From a virus (lineage: Duplodnaviria; Caudoviricetes), in IMG/VR virus record IMGVR_UViG_2877079323_000003, positions 5,715-69,714 of that record: a stretch of 64,000 bases of DNA. The stretch is one strand, 5' to 3'. Below the pieces are notes generated by a model. That model was not told the DNA's origin. It searched no databases and saw only the letters and a list, made by a program, of their open reading frames with translations. The position numbers and the translations under genes are program-made. Shown piece by piece: positions 19,176-27,653 of the stretch. Position 1 is the stretch's first letter. The number at the start of each line of letters is the position of its first letter.

Positions 19176-20144
19176 TCAGCGTTGGCCGAATTCGGATTCC
19201 AGTCGTTCAGCAACGCTGTCGGGCATGGTCGAGCATGAATCTTCACCGCGCTCTTCCGCGTGATCTAGAGCTGCATCCGTAATCCCCACCGTCGCAACAG
19301 TGCCTTCCCATCCACCAAGCGCAGCGATCGAGCCAGGGTTGAACCTCGCGGCTATGTTCACCTTCTCAATAGCGAGCTGATCTGCATCGGGTCCGAGGTA
19401 GATCCCGCCGTCTGCTGCACGTTCGATGTACGCGGGCCGAGGCAGCACTCCCGACAGTTGGTTGGCGTTGTACTCACTCATGAACCAGGGCGGGGTGTTG
19501 AAGTAGTACCAACTCGCAGCACAGACCCCGTAAAGGCCAGGACCGAACTGTGCGTAGTTGAGATACAGCTCCAAGATCCGCTGATCTGACATTGAGTAGC
19601 TGAACTCTGTCGCCATAACTGCTTCGAGTCCCTTACGGATAGCGCTACGTCCAGGCCAAAGAAAGATATTCTTCACCAACTGCTGGGGGACGGTTGATCC
19701 ACCTACTCCAGCATCGCCGTCCATGTATTCCCTTGCCTTAGAGGTCAAGTCGCTGATCTCAAACCCACCAGCTCGCATACCAAGTCGCTGATCCTCGTGA
19801 GCGATCACTGCCGCAATCATGTATCGGCTGATGTGGTCGAGATCCACGTACTGGTAAACGATCGGGCCTTCGTCTTGCAGCATGAACGACGTCCGAGGTG
19901 GCGTGAACCATCGGTATGAGAGCGTCACCATCTCCGAAAGCACTAGGGGAGTGAGTATTACGAGCGCAACGTCCATCGTCCATCGACGCCAGCGAGGGCG
20001 ATGCCTGCGGGTGGCCGGCGGCTGTTCCGGCTCGTAGATCTCGTACTCGGGTTCTGGTGTGTGTACCCGCTGAGACTCGGGGAGAAGATCGTCAAGGGAG
20101 AGTCCCCGTGACCTATCGAAAGCGGTGGTGTTGGCGGTATCCAT
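19176..20144 (-). CDS. mtgA: Monofunctional peptidoglycan transglycosylase (GT51, MtgA-like)
   Basis: TM anchor; AHED, GGSTVPQQLVKN, RKGLE, ILELYLN, GLYGV motifs; no transpeptidase domain. Confidence 0.88.
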   Translation of the reverse strand: MDTANTTAFDRSRGLSLDDLLPESQRVHTPEPEYEIYEPEQPPATRRHRPRWRRWTMDVALVILTPLVLSEMVTLSYRWFTPPRTSFMLQDEGPIVYQYVDLDHISRYMIAAVIAHEDQRLGMRAGGFEISDLTSKAREYMDGDAGVGGSTVPQQLVKNIFLWPGRSAIRKGLEAVMATEFSYSMSDQRILELYLNYAQFGPGLYGVCAASWYYFNTPPWFMSEYNANQLSGVLPRPAYIERAADGGIYLGPDADQLAIEKVNIAARFNPGSIAALGGWEGTVATVGITDAALDHAEERGEDSCSTMPDSVAERLESEFGQR

Positions 20145-20500
20145 GGGTGGCCTCCCAATTCTCTGGAAAATCGCGCACGGGACAAATAGCCGAATGCGGA
20201 TTTCGACCCATTTTATGCGAGATTGCGAGAAAGGGGATGGCGAGTCTCGGGGGTGGGGAATGGGGAGAATCGCGAGGTGGGGTTAGCGATTCGAAGAGGG
20301 GGTGTAGCCGTCCATCGTCTGATGGGTGAATAAGTAATCGATCTTATCTGCGTACTTGCGAACGTACGGGGTAAGGGTGATCTTTGCTGTTAGGGGGATA
20401 TTTAGTGAACCGTTTGTTTTAACTATCATTACGCTACTTATTTAAACACAAAGTCTAAAGAATTGCAATAGTAAAGTTGAAAGCTGTGGATAAGTCCGAT

Positions 20501-20543
20501 CATTTCGCTATTGCATTTATTGGTCTTTTGGCTCATAGTTATT
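20501..20543 (+). promoter_or_regulatory. Conserved phage promoter, copy 4; DnaA-box 9-mer TGTGGATAA at 20485-20493
   Basis: CATTTCGCTA-TTGCAT-17 nt-CATAGT-TATT upstream of ORF 20566. Confidence 0.75.
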
Positions 20544-20565
20544 TGCATAGGAGAAACATGAATAT

Positions 20566-20937
20566 ATGAATCTAGAAAAGACATCCACACCCGAGTACAT
20601 CAGCACCAAGTACTCCTCACTTCGCGATGAAGTCCTGCATCACCTCTCACTAGAAGGCTGGGCCAACCAAAGCTCAGGGGACACCGCATCTACCACGAGT
20701 TACTTCGCCAGGATCAGCAACAGTGAAGCCGAACTCCAAGAGCTGACAACCAACTTCGAGGAAGCCATCCAGTCTGCCGACCTCGCTGATCCGTCTGCCT
20801 TAATCGGTCACTACCTCCTCGTTGAAACCGACGATGGCTTCGTTCACGTAGGTGCGTACAAGTCCGAGGAAGAGGTGATCGCTGACTACCAGAAGCTCGA
20901 AGCTGCTTATGAGGACTGGGCGGGGGAGATGGCATGA
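20566..20937 (+). CDS. Acidic hypothetical protein
   Basis: AGGAG RBS, follows promoter copy 4. Confidence 0.65.
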   Translation: MNLEKTSTPEYISTKYSSLRDEVLHHLSLEGWANQSSGDTASTTSYFARISNSEAELQELTTNFEEAIQSADLADPSALIGHYLLVETDDGFVHVGAYKSEEEVIADYQKLEAAYEDWAGEMA

Positions 20938-21350
20938 GTCATCGCATCAAACTCCGAGCATGGGACGGTAAACGGTTCGTGTACTTTACGCCCTTCACCC
21001 TGATTATCGATTCTGTTGAAGGCGAGGGGCTTCTCGACAATATCTCGACGCTGTATGACCTTGCCAGAAAGGACCCAGACTTCAAGTTCGATCGGTTTAC
21101 AGGTCTGAAGGATAAGGACGGCGTGGAGATCTACGAGGGCGACATAGTTAGGGCGACCAAGAACTGGCCAGGTAAGGGGTCGCAGGCGTTCATCTCGACT
21201 TTCAGAGACAACACCGCCACGTTCGCGTTTCGTGAAGCATTCACCAACGGGGATGGTGAGAAGTACTTCTATGACGCACTGCAAGTCAGTGGCATCGAGG
21301 TCATCGGCAACATCCACGAGAATCCAGAACTCCTGGAGGTCACCTCATGA
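20934..21350 (+). CDS. YopX-family protein
   Basis: IKLRAWD...FTGLKDKDGVEIYEGDIV...EVIGNIHENPELLE. Confidence 0.9.
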   Translation: MSHRIKLRAWDGKRFVYFTPFTLIIDSVEGEGLLDNISTLYDLARKDPDFKFDRFTGLKDKDGVEIYEGDIVRATKNWPGKGSQAFISTFRDNTATFAFREAFTNGDGEKYFYDALQVSGIEVIGNIHENPELLEVTS

Positions 21351-21604
21351 CCCCAACCCAAACCCTGCGCGCTGCAATCAAACTCGCCAACTCCAACGGC
21401 TACGACAACCCTGCACTCTTCGGAACCATGGATCTGATTAACCAGTGGAACATGCCACCTCGTGCAGTACTGGGGATCTTGCTGATGAACCACGACTTCT
21501 GCCGAGCACTTTGGGGTGAGGAGTGGATGGTTCGTACCCAGACTGTCGCTGTAGCTGATGATCCGTTCGGGTATCTCGCGGGGAGTTTGGAGGAGCGGGG
21601 ATGA
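21347..21604 (+). CDS. Hypothetical phage protein
   Basis: Coupled ORF. Confidence 0.55.
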   Translation: MTPTQTLRAAIKLANSNGYDNPALFGTMDLINQWNMPPRAVLGILLMNHDFCRALWGEEWMVRTQTVAVADDPFGYLAGSLEERG

Positions 21605-21900
21605 AGAAGCTTGAATATAACCTAAAGAATCTATCTTTACTTCCGACATTCGATTTGATCGTTTCGGAGTCCGTGCCGGACAATCAAATGATATTCATGG
21701 AGCGGGCAGATACATTGCGTGACGGTGCGTTCGCGCCACATAAAATTACGATTTGGAATCTAGAGACAGGTGAGATGCACGGTAATGCTGACCCAACATA
21801 CTCAAGAGAACTTTGTATGTCTTCAAAGAGATGCGCTCAACTGATTCGCGAAGTTGAAAAAGCTGAAGACGAACGAATGACAGGGCGTCTATGGGGGTAG
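21601..21900 (+). CDS. Hypothetical phage protein
   Basis: Coupled ORF. Confidence 0.5.
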   Translation: MKKLEYNLKNLSLLPTFDLIVSESVPDNQMIFMERADTLRDGAFAPHKITIWNLETGEMHGNADPTYSRELCMSSKRCAQLIREVEKAEDERMTGRLWG

Positions 21901-22208
21901 TAATGACTAACACCCCTACAGAGTCAGAGTTCGATAAAGAGCTACGAGAGATACTCGACAATCATCGGTTCGATCAGGACTGGATGAATACTAAACACGA
22001 GAATCACGAAGGCATATCGGAGCATGTCAATAGTTGTATCGTGTGCAATAAAATGGAGACGATAAGTCGCCAGAACATCGAAGCTATAAAGAAGGCATTT
22101 AATAAACAAGTCGATCAGCTACAGACCTACAAATTCACCGACGGTAGTGAAGACAAGATGGTCATGCTGGATGACGTTAAAGCCCTATATGGGGGAGATA
22201 AGAAGTAA
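21891..22208 (+). CDS. Hypothetical phage protein
   Basis: ORF in operon. Confidence 0.5.
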   Translation: MGVVMTNTPTESEFDKELREILDNHRFDQDWMNTKHENHEGISEHVNSCIVCNKMETISRQNIEAIKKAFNKQVDQLQTYKFTDGSEDKMVMLDDVKALYGGDKK

Positions 22209-22355
22209 TGAGTTGTATCGCAAAGAAATTGGGGTTTAAATCGCCACATAAAGGGACGATCGCGCCAAGGAAATTCATACGACCGACAGATGGCGCGAGT
22301 TGGATAGTCATGGGTTGGTGTGAAGGTCATTTTAACGAGAACAAGGAGGCCTCTA

Positions 22356-24064
22356 ATGACCAACCCTACTAAACCAACAATCAACCTAACGCGAGCGTCG
22401 TCATGCAGCGTGGGGGAATGTGATCGGCAGGCTAGATCGGTGAGGATGTGCAACGCGCACTATCAAAAACAATACACCAGCCCGGAGCGTCATAGTTACA
22501 ACTCAATGAGAGGTCGGTGCCAGAATCCAAATCGGAAAGATTATCAAAGCTATGGCGCATGTGGCAGAACGATTGCAGAGCGATGGCTAGGTGTTGTGGG
22601 TATGGACGTTGCTGACGCGGGACTGAAGGGGACGGGCTGGTCCTCGGCGTAAGAATGGGAGTTGCGACACAACCGTTCTCGACCAAAAAGGACCAGCCCT
22701 GTGACACACCGTAATGCCCCACTTACTGTTGAAGGAAGACGCCGCCTGATCGAGCGGTGCCAGAGTCGTCCGATCGCCCACGTAGCCGCCGAAATGGGTA
22801 TCTCCCGCCAATGCGCCTCCAAGTGGGTCAACCGGTATCGCAAATACGGTGACCTGGGAATTCAGGACCGGTCCAGCGCACCGAAACATCACCCGACTGC
22901 CACAGCAACGGAGGTCGTGGCCGAGATCGAAGCGATGCGCCGGACCCGGAAATGGTCGGCCTCGCGCATCACGTTCGAACTGCGTACCGACGGCATCGTC
23001 ATTGCTCGTCGAACAGTCACGAAAATTCTGCGGAACCTAGGATTGCACCGTCGCCGGTTCATCGACCCGAACGGCGAAACCAACCGAAAACCACAGGTCA
23101 TCGTCGCAAAACGGCCCGGTCAAATGGTGCACGTCGATGTCAAGAAGGTCGGGAAAATCCCGGACGGTGGAGGCTGGCGTGCCCACGGCCGTGGGTCCGA
23201 CAAGGCCAAACGATCCCAGCGTAGGAAAACGAAGAACAAGCAGGCCCGTGTCGGTTACACCTACCTGCATTCCGCGATCGACGGCAACACCCGCCTGGCG
23301 TACACCGAGGCCCGCGACAACGAAACCGCAGCAACAGCCATCGATTTCATGAACAACGCCCGATTCTTCTTCGCCGCCCACGGCATCACCCGTATCGAGC
23401 GCGTGATCACGGACAACGGATCATGCTACAGGGCAGCAGATTTCACATCTTCACTGCGAGAAACGCGGCACTACCGCATCAAGCCGTACACCCCGAAACA
23501 TAACGGGAAGGTCGAACGCTACAACCGTATCCTCGCCGAAGAACTGCTGTACTCCCGCGAGTACACCAGCGAAGCCGAGCGGCGCACTGCCGTCGAAATC
23601 TGGAATGTTCACTATAATTACCACCGACCGCATTCAACACGCGGAGGACGACCGCCTGCCGCTTACCGCCGGCATCGCGTAACTAACGTCCGTGCCTCGT
23701 ACAGCTAGGTGAGGGTGGCTTCGAGCGATTTTTGATCGATATGGGCAATCGCCCGAAAGGTACAACCCTGGACAGAATTGATGGATCGCTGGGGTATTCG
23801 CCTGAAAACTGCCGCTGGTCAACCTATTTCGAACAGCAAGTGAATACTGGGATTGGCAGTAGGAATACATCGGGAGTGAAAGGCCTGTACTTCAATAAAG
23901 AAAATAGCAATTGGAATGTCTACATAAACGTAATGTATACGCGCATCAATCTTGGCACCTTTGCGAATAAGGACGACGCTACTACCGTGCGGAGAGTGGC
24001 TGAGGAAATATTCTTCGGCAGGTGTCTTGACGCCCTCAATACTAATCAGGAGGTAGCTAACTAG
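22356..24064 (+). pseudogene. HNH-like/AP2 endonuclease split by IS481
   Basis: Halves rejoin as ERWLGEGGFERFLIDMGNRPKGTTLDRID...YSPENCRW; C-terminal NTSGVKG AP2-like domain; paralog of 34449-35015. Confidence 0.8.
22592..23703 (+). mobile_element. IS481-family element (transposase 22662-23708)
   Basis: TGT...ACA ends, 6-bp duplication GCTAGG, HVDVKK / TDNG / NGKVER motifs. Confidence 0.95.
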
Positions 24065-24070
24065 CCCCAT

Positions 24071-24907
24071 ATGGAAAGAACCAAATCCAAAAGAAAATAC
24101 AAGCGAGCTGAAGTCCCACCCGAGCTGTTGGAAGCGACCAACCTCGACTTACTTGACCAGATCCTCAACATGCCAGGAGAACAGGGCGACACGTACACCC
24201 GCTATGTGAACCTAAGTCTCGGCAATCAAGCGTTGCTCATGATGCAGGGTGTCGATGAGCCGGTGAACACTCTGAAGCGCTGGGGCGAGGACTATGGGCG
24301 CACCGTCAAGAAGGGCTCAAAGGCCGCCTACATCCGCCGTCCAGTCTTCAGGAAGGAAGAGAACGATCAGGGCAAGGAAGAACAGCGCCTCACGGGATTC
24401 GTACTGTCCAAGAGCATGATCCGTGCATCTGACACGGAGGGTGAACCACTGCCAGCGATTGAGCTACCTGAGTGGAGCGAGACTCTCGCCATGCAGAATC
24501 TCAAGGTGGATGAGGTTCCGTTCGAAGGCCACGACGGAAATATCCAAGGGTGGTCCATCAACCGCAACTATGCGATTAACCCAGTCGCTCGTTACCCGTT
24601 CAAGACAAAGATCCACGAGTGGAGTCACATCGAAGCGGGACACACTGTTCCCGATGCTCATGCCGACTATCTGCAGCACCGTGGCGAGCGTGAGTTTGAG
24701 GCCGAAGGCAGCGCGTACATTGTCCTGAATCGTCTTGGGGCGCTAGCACTTTTCAACGCTGCCGAGAGTCGCCACTATGTGCAGACCTGGATGAAAGATC
24801 AGAAACCATCACCCGAATCTGCCGGCCGAGTCATACGAGTAGCGGAGAAGATCATCAAGGCTGGTCGCCATACGCCTGAATCTGCACCTCAACCTATCGA
24901 AGCCTGA
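24071..24907 (+). CDS. ArdC-like ssDNA-binding / zincin anti-restriction protein
   Basis: SLGNQALL...RW...GRTVKKGSKA N-domain; HEWSH...EFEAE metallopeptidase-like motif; YVQTW. Confidence 0.75.
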   Translation: MERTKSKRKYKRAEVPPELLEATNLDLLDQILNMPGEQGDTYTRYVNLSLGNQALLMMQGVDEPVNTLKRWGEDYGRTVKKGSKAAYIRRPVFRKEENDQGKEEQRLTGFVLSKSMIRASDTEGEPLPAIELPEWSETLAMQNLKVDEVPFEGHDGNIQGWSINRNYAINPVARYPFKTKIHEWSHIEAGHTVPDAHADYLQHRGEREFEAEGSAYIVLNRLGALALFNAAESRHYVQTWMKDQKPSPESAGRVIRVAEKIIKAGRHTPESAPQPIEA

Positions 24908-24992
24908 CGACAAGGCGATCCGTGCGGTGTTCAGTACGACGGACAAGATCGTGAGGGCGGGGCTTGAACCAGTTTCACCCCACCTCCAGCGA

Positions 24993-25484
24993 TCAGTAGG
25001 TTGCGCTGAACCCTAGGAAGACGACGCCGACAGGTGCAAGGGTCATCGATACCTGAACCATGCGGTGCTTAATCCACGCAATCTTGCTCATCTCCACTAG
25101 TTGCTTAGACAGGGCAGGCAGGATCGGTGTGTTTTCCAGGTGGTCCTGCACGGTATCGGGAGTCAACTCACGTAGATGACCGAAGTAGATGAAGTTGCTT
25201 TGCGACTCGGGCACGAGGTTTGACGATCGGAGTCGAGGACGAACGACCCAGGCCGCACAGATAACTCCTAGAACAAGCAGAGAGTTACCGATGACGTACC
25301 AGACCACTGCCCATCCACTCAGGTGCTCGAACACTCGATCTTTGCTCGAGAGCGTGATCACTCCGACGAGGAGTGCACTTTCGATCGTCAGTGCGAACGA
25401 AGCTTTTGTGTCGACCTTGCCCGTCCAGTCGGTGAGTGCGGAGTGGATCTTCCAGGCCGTATCAACGGGATCGGGAGCAGTCAT
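24993..25484 (-). CDS. Pycsar-type transmembrane effector (PycTM-like)
   Basis: W...VDTKAS, TM helices, PR...FIYFGH, QLVEMSKIAWIKH; ATGA overlap with the cyclase. Confidence 0.8.
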   Translation of the reverse strand: MTAPDPVDTAWKIHSALTDWTGKVDTKASFALTIESALLVGVITLSSKDRVFEHLSGWAVVWYVIGNSLLVLGVICAAWVVRPRLRSSNLVPESQSNFIYFGHLRELTPDTVQDHLENTPILPALSKQLVEMSKIAWIKHRMVQVSMTLAPVGVVFLGFSATY

Positions 25485-26221
25485 TTGAACGACCAATGGT
25501 ACGACGAGCGATAGTAAGCGTACTCCTTACCACCAAACGTCTTTGTGTATGTCCCTTGCCACATGTCCTTTCCATTCGACAACTTGGCGACGTCTGACAA
25601 GCCAGAGTAAGTACCCTTCCCGATTCGAGTCACGAATTTAGCATCGTCGCCAGTGCTGCGAATGTCACTGAGCTTTGCAGCAAGGTTGGGGGCTACGCCA
25701 ATGGAGATCATGTCGTCGTTGTCACGGAATCCTGCACGCGCGAGAAGTGTTTTACCCGTGGCGATTCCACTTGATTGTTTGAGATTCCAGCCGTTTGATT
25801 TCAGTGAGGGGATCTCGGCGTGGATGGCGGGAGTTACGTGAGTGTCAACCGCCCACTTGATCCGCATTGCAGCCTTCACAGCGCGATCTTCTTTGTCGGG
25901 GCCGGTAAACACCCCCATCACTCGATCCCCGTCGAAGCTCCTGATGTGACCGTCGAGCGAGCGAATAATCTTGGTGCTTACGTTGAGGAACCCACGAAAG
26001 ACTCGGGCAGCTTCTTCACGCGATGCCGTAGCTGCGAGGGTCGACGAATCATGCATGTCGGTATAGAGATAGGTGGCGGAGATGATCTTTCCGCCATTGT
26101 AAGCAAGGTCTTCTGGTTTTGGAACCGACGTGTCTGACGAAGTAGATGACCGCGTCGTGACAGTCATTGATGTCTTGATCGTCTTCTCGATCTGGGTGTT
26201 GATGTCATCAAGCAGGCTCAA
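25481..26221 (-). CDS. Class III nucleotidyl cyclase 2 (PycC-like)
   Basis: YLYTDMHDSS, IRSFDGDRVM, GIATG, IGVAPNLAAKL. Confidence 0.88.
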   Translation of the reverse strand: MSLLDDINTQIEKTIKTSMTVTTRSSTSSDTSVPKPEDLAYNGGKIISATYLYTDMHDSSTLAATASREEAARVFRGFLNVSTKIIRSLDGHIRSFDGDRVMGVFTGPDKEDRAVKAAMRIKWAVDTHVTPAIHAEIPSLKSNGWNLKQSSGIATGKTLLARAGFRDNDDMISIGVAPNLAAKLSDIRSTGDDAKFVTRIGKGTYSGLSDVAKLSNGKDMWQGTYTKTFGGKEYAYYRSSYHWSFK

Positions 26222-26288
26222 GAGAGTTAACCTTCCATGTCTGAGGATTGGACTAGCGTGCGCAATCGCGTCGCCTGGTTCTGCCTAC

Positions 26289-27008
26289 CTACACACCCCA
26301 GCGTCCGTGCGAGCCGTAAACTTCGACGTGCTTGTCGCCGACAGTTTGGCCGTAACGCAGCCTCGACCAGACGTTTGAGGTTCTACCTGATGCAGTCGGA
26401 AAGTGGATCAGCTCATCGTCCAAGTCCTCATGGACGGCCTTCGTTATGTAGATGGAGTATCCCTCCTTGAGGTCACTCAGTTTCGCAGCGACATTCGGCG
26501 CACTACCTACAGAGATCAAGTCGCTGTTGTTGCGCGCGCCTCCGCGCACGATCAAACTCTCACCCGTGTCGATCCCGACCCTGTGGGAGATGTCCTTGAA
26601 GTCTTTACCATCGCTCCAAGCTGCCTCGATCGCCTCCGGTATCACCTCTTGAACGGCCCAGTTAATTGCGAAGGCAGCGCGGACAGCCTTTCGGTTTTTG
26701 TCATCACCGATGAAGATTGCCATCACTCTATCGCCGTCGAAGCTTCTGATCTCCCCGCCGTACTCGCGGAATATTCTGGTTGCCGAGTTGATGTACGCGC
26801 GGATGATCTTTGCCACGGTTTCGTCGTACAGCGTGGACTGAACCAGTTTGGTAGAACCGGCTAGATCTGCGTACGCATAGGTGGCGTCGATCCGGCGACC
26901 GCCGTCCTTCATTACGATGTCGTCGGTCTTGGGCACTACGCGAGCGTCAGTGATCTTCCATGTCGTCGTCATGATCTCTCTGACGCTTGTTTCGATAGTG
27001 GGATACAC
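26289..27008 (-). CDS. Class III nucleotidyl cyclase 1 (PycC-like)
   Basis: YAYADLAGST, IRSFDGDRVM, GIDTG, VGSAPNVAAKL. Confidence 0.88.
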   Translation of the reverse strand: MYPTIETSVREIMTTTWKITDARVVPKTDDIVMKDGGRRIDATYAYADLAGSTKLVQSTLYDETVAKIIRAYINSATRIFREYGGEIRSFDGDRVMAIFIGDDKNRKAVRAAFAINWAVQEVIPEAIEAAWSDGKDFKDISHRVGIDTGESLIVRGGARNNSDLISVGSAPNVAAKLSDLKEGYSIYITKAVHEDLDDELIHFPTASGRTSNVWSRLRYGQTVGDKHVEVYGSHGRWGV

Positions 27009-27119
27009 AGAAAGCTCTCCTGGCGCTCGGCGTTACTGCAGATTTGTAACATTACTTGAACGGTCCGACAGCTCGGTTACTCTTCACAAAATCGCCCTGA
27101 CGTGCGTAAATAGTAGTAC

Positions 27120-27653
27120 ATGGCAGAAAAAACTCCTCAAGAAGAAAAGAACAACAAGGGCGGACGACCGCTCAAGTACCAGACGGTCGAGGAACTTGAT
27201 CTTGCAATTCAGAACTACTTCGCTGAGTGCGACCCACACACGACGAAGGCACTTGTCGAGACTGGACGAGACGGCCAGGGCAACATGTTGTTCGATACCC
27301 GGACGATCTTGACTGAGCAGAAGCCGTACACGATGGCGGGTCTCGCTCGGGCGCTTGGGATTAGTCGCCAAACACTTCTCGACTACTCCAATCGTGATGA
27401 GTTTCTGGACTCGCTTAGAGGGGCCAAGCAACGGTGCGAGGAGTACGCAGAGTCCCAGCTGTTCGGTCCGTTCGCGAATGGTGCCAAGTTCAATCTGACG
27501 AACAACTACCGAGGTAAGTACCAGGATTGGTCTGACAAACAGTCGATCGACCACACCTCTGATGGCAAGCGGATTGAGGCACCTGCTGTCTACATGAGCA
27601 CTATCGCTCCACGAGATCCTGAGGATGCTCCAGCTCAAACCGAAACAGATTGA
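27120..27653 (+). CDS. terS: Terminase small subunit
   Basis: GGRPLKYQTVEEL...PYTMAGLARALGISRQTLLDY; precedes terL. Confidence 0.85.
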   Translation: MAEKTPQEEKNNKGGRPLKYQTVEELDLAIQNYFAECDPHTTKALVETGRDGQGNMLFDTRTILTEQKPYTMAGLARALGISRQTLLDYSNRDEFLDSLRGAKQRCEEYAESQLFGPFANGAKFNLTNNYRGKYQDWSDKQSIDHTSDGKRIEAPAVYMSTIAPRDPEDAPAQTETD

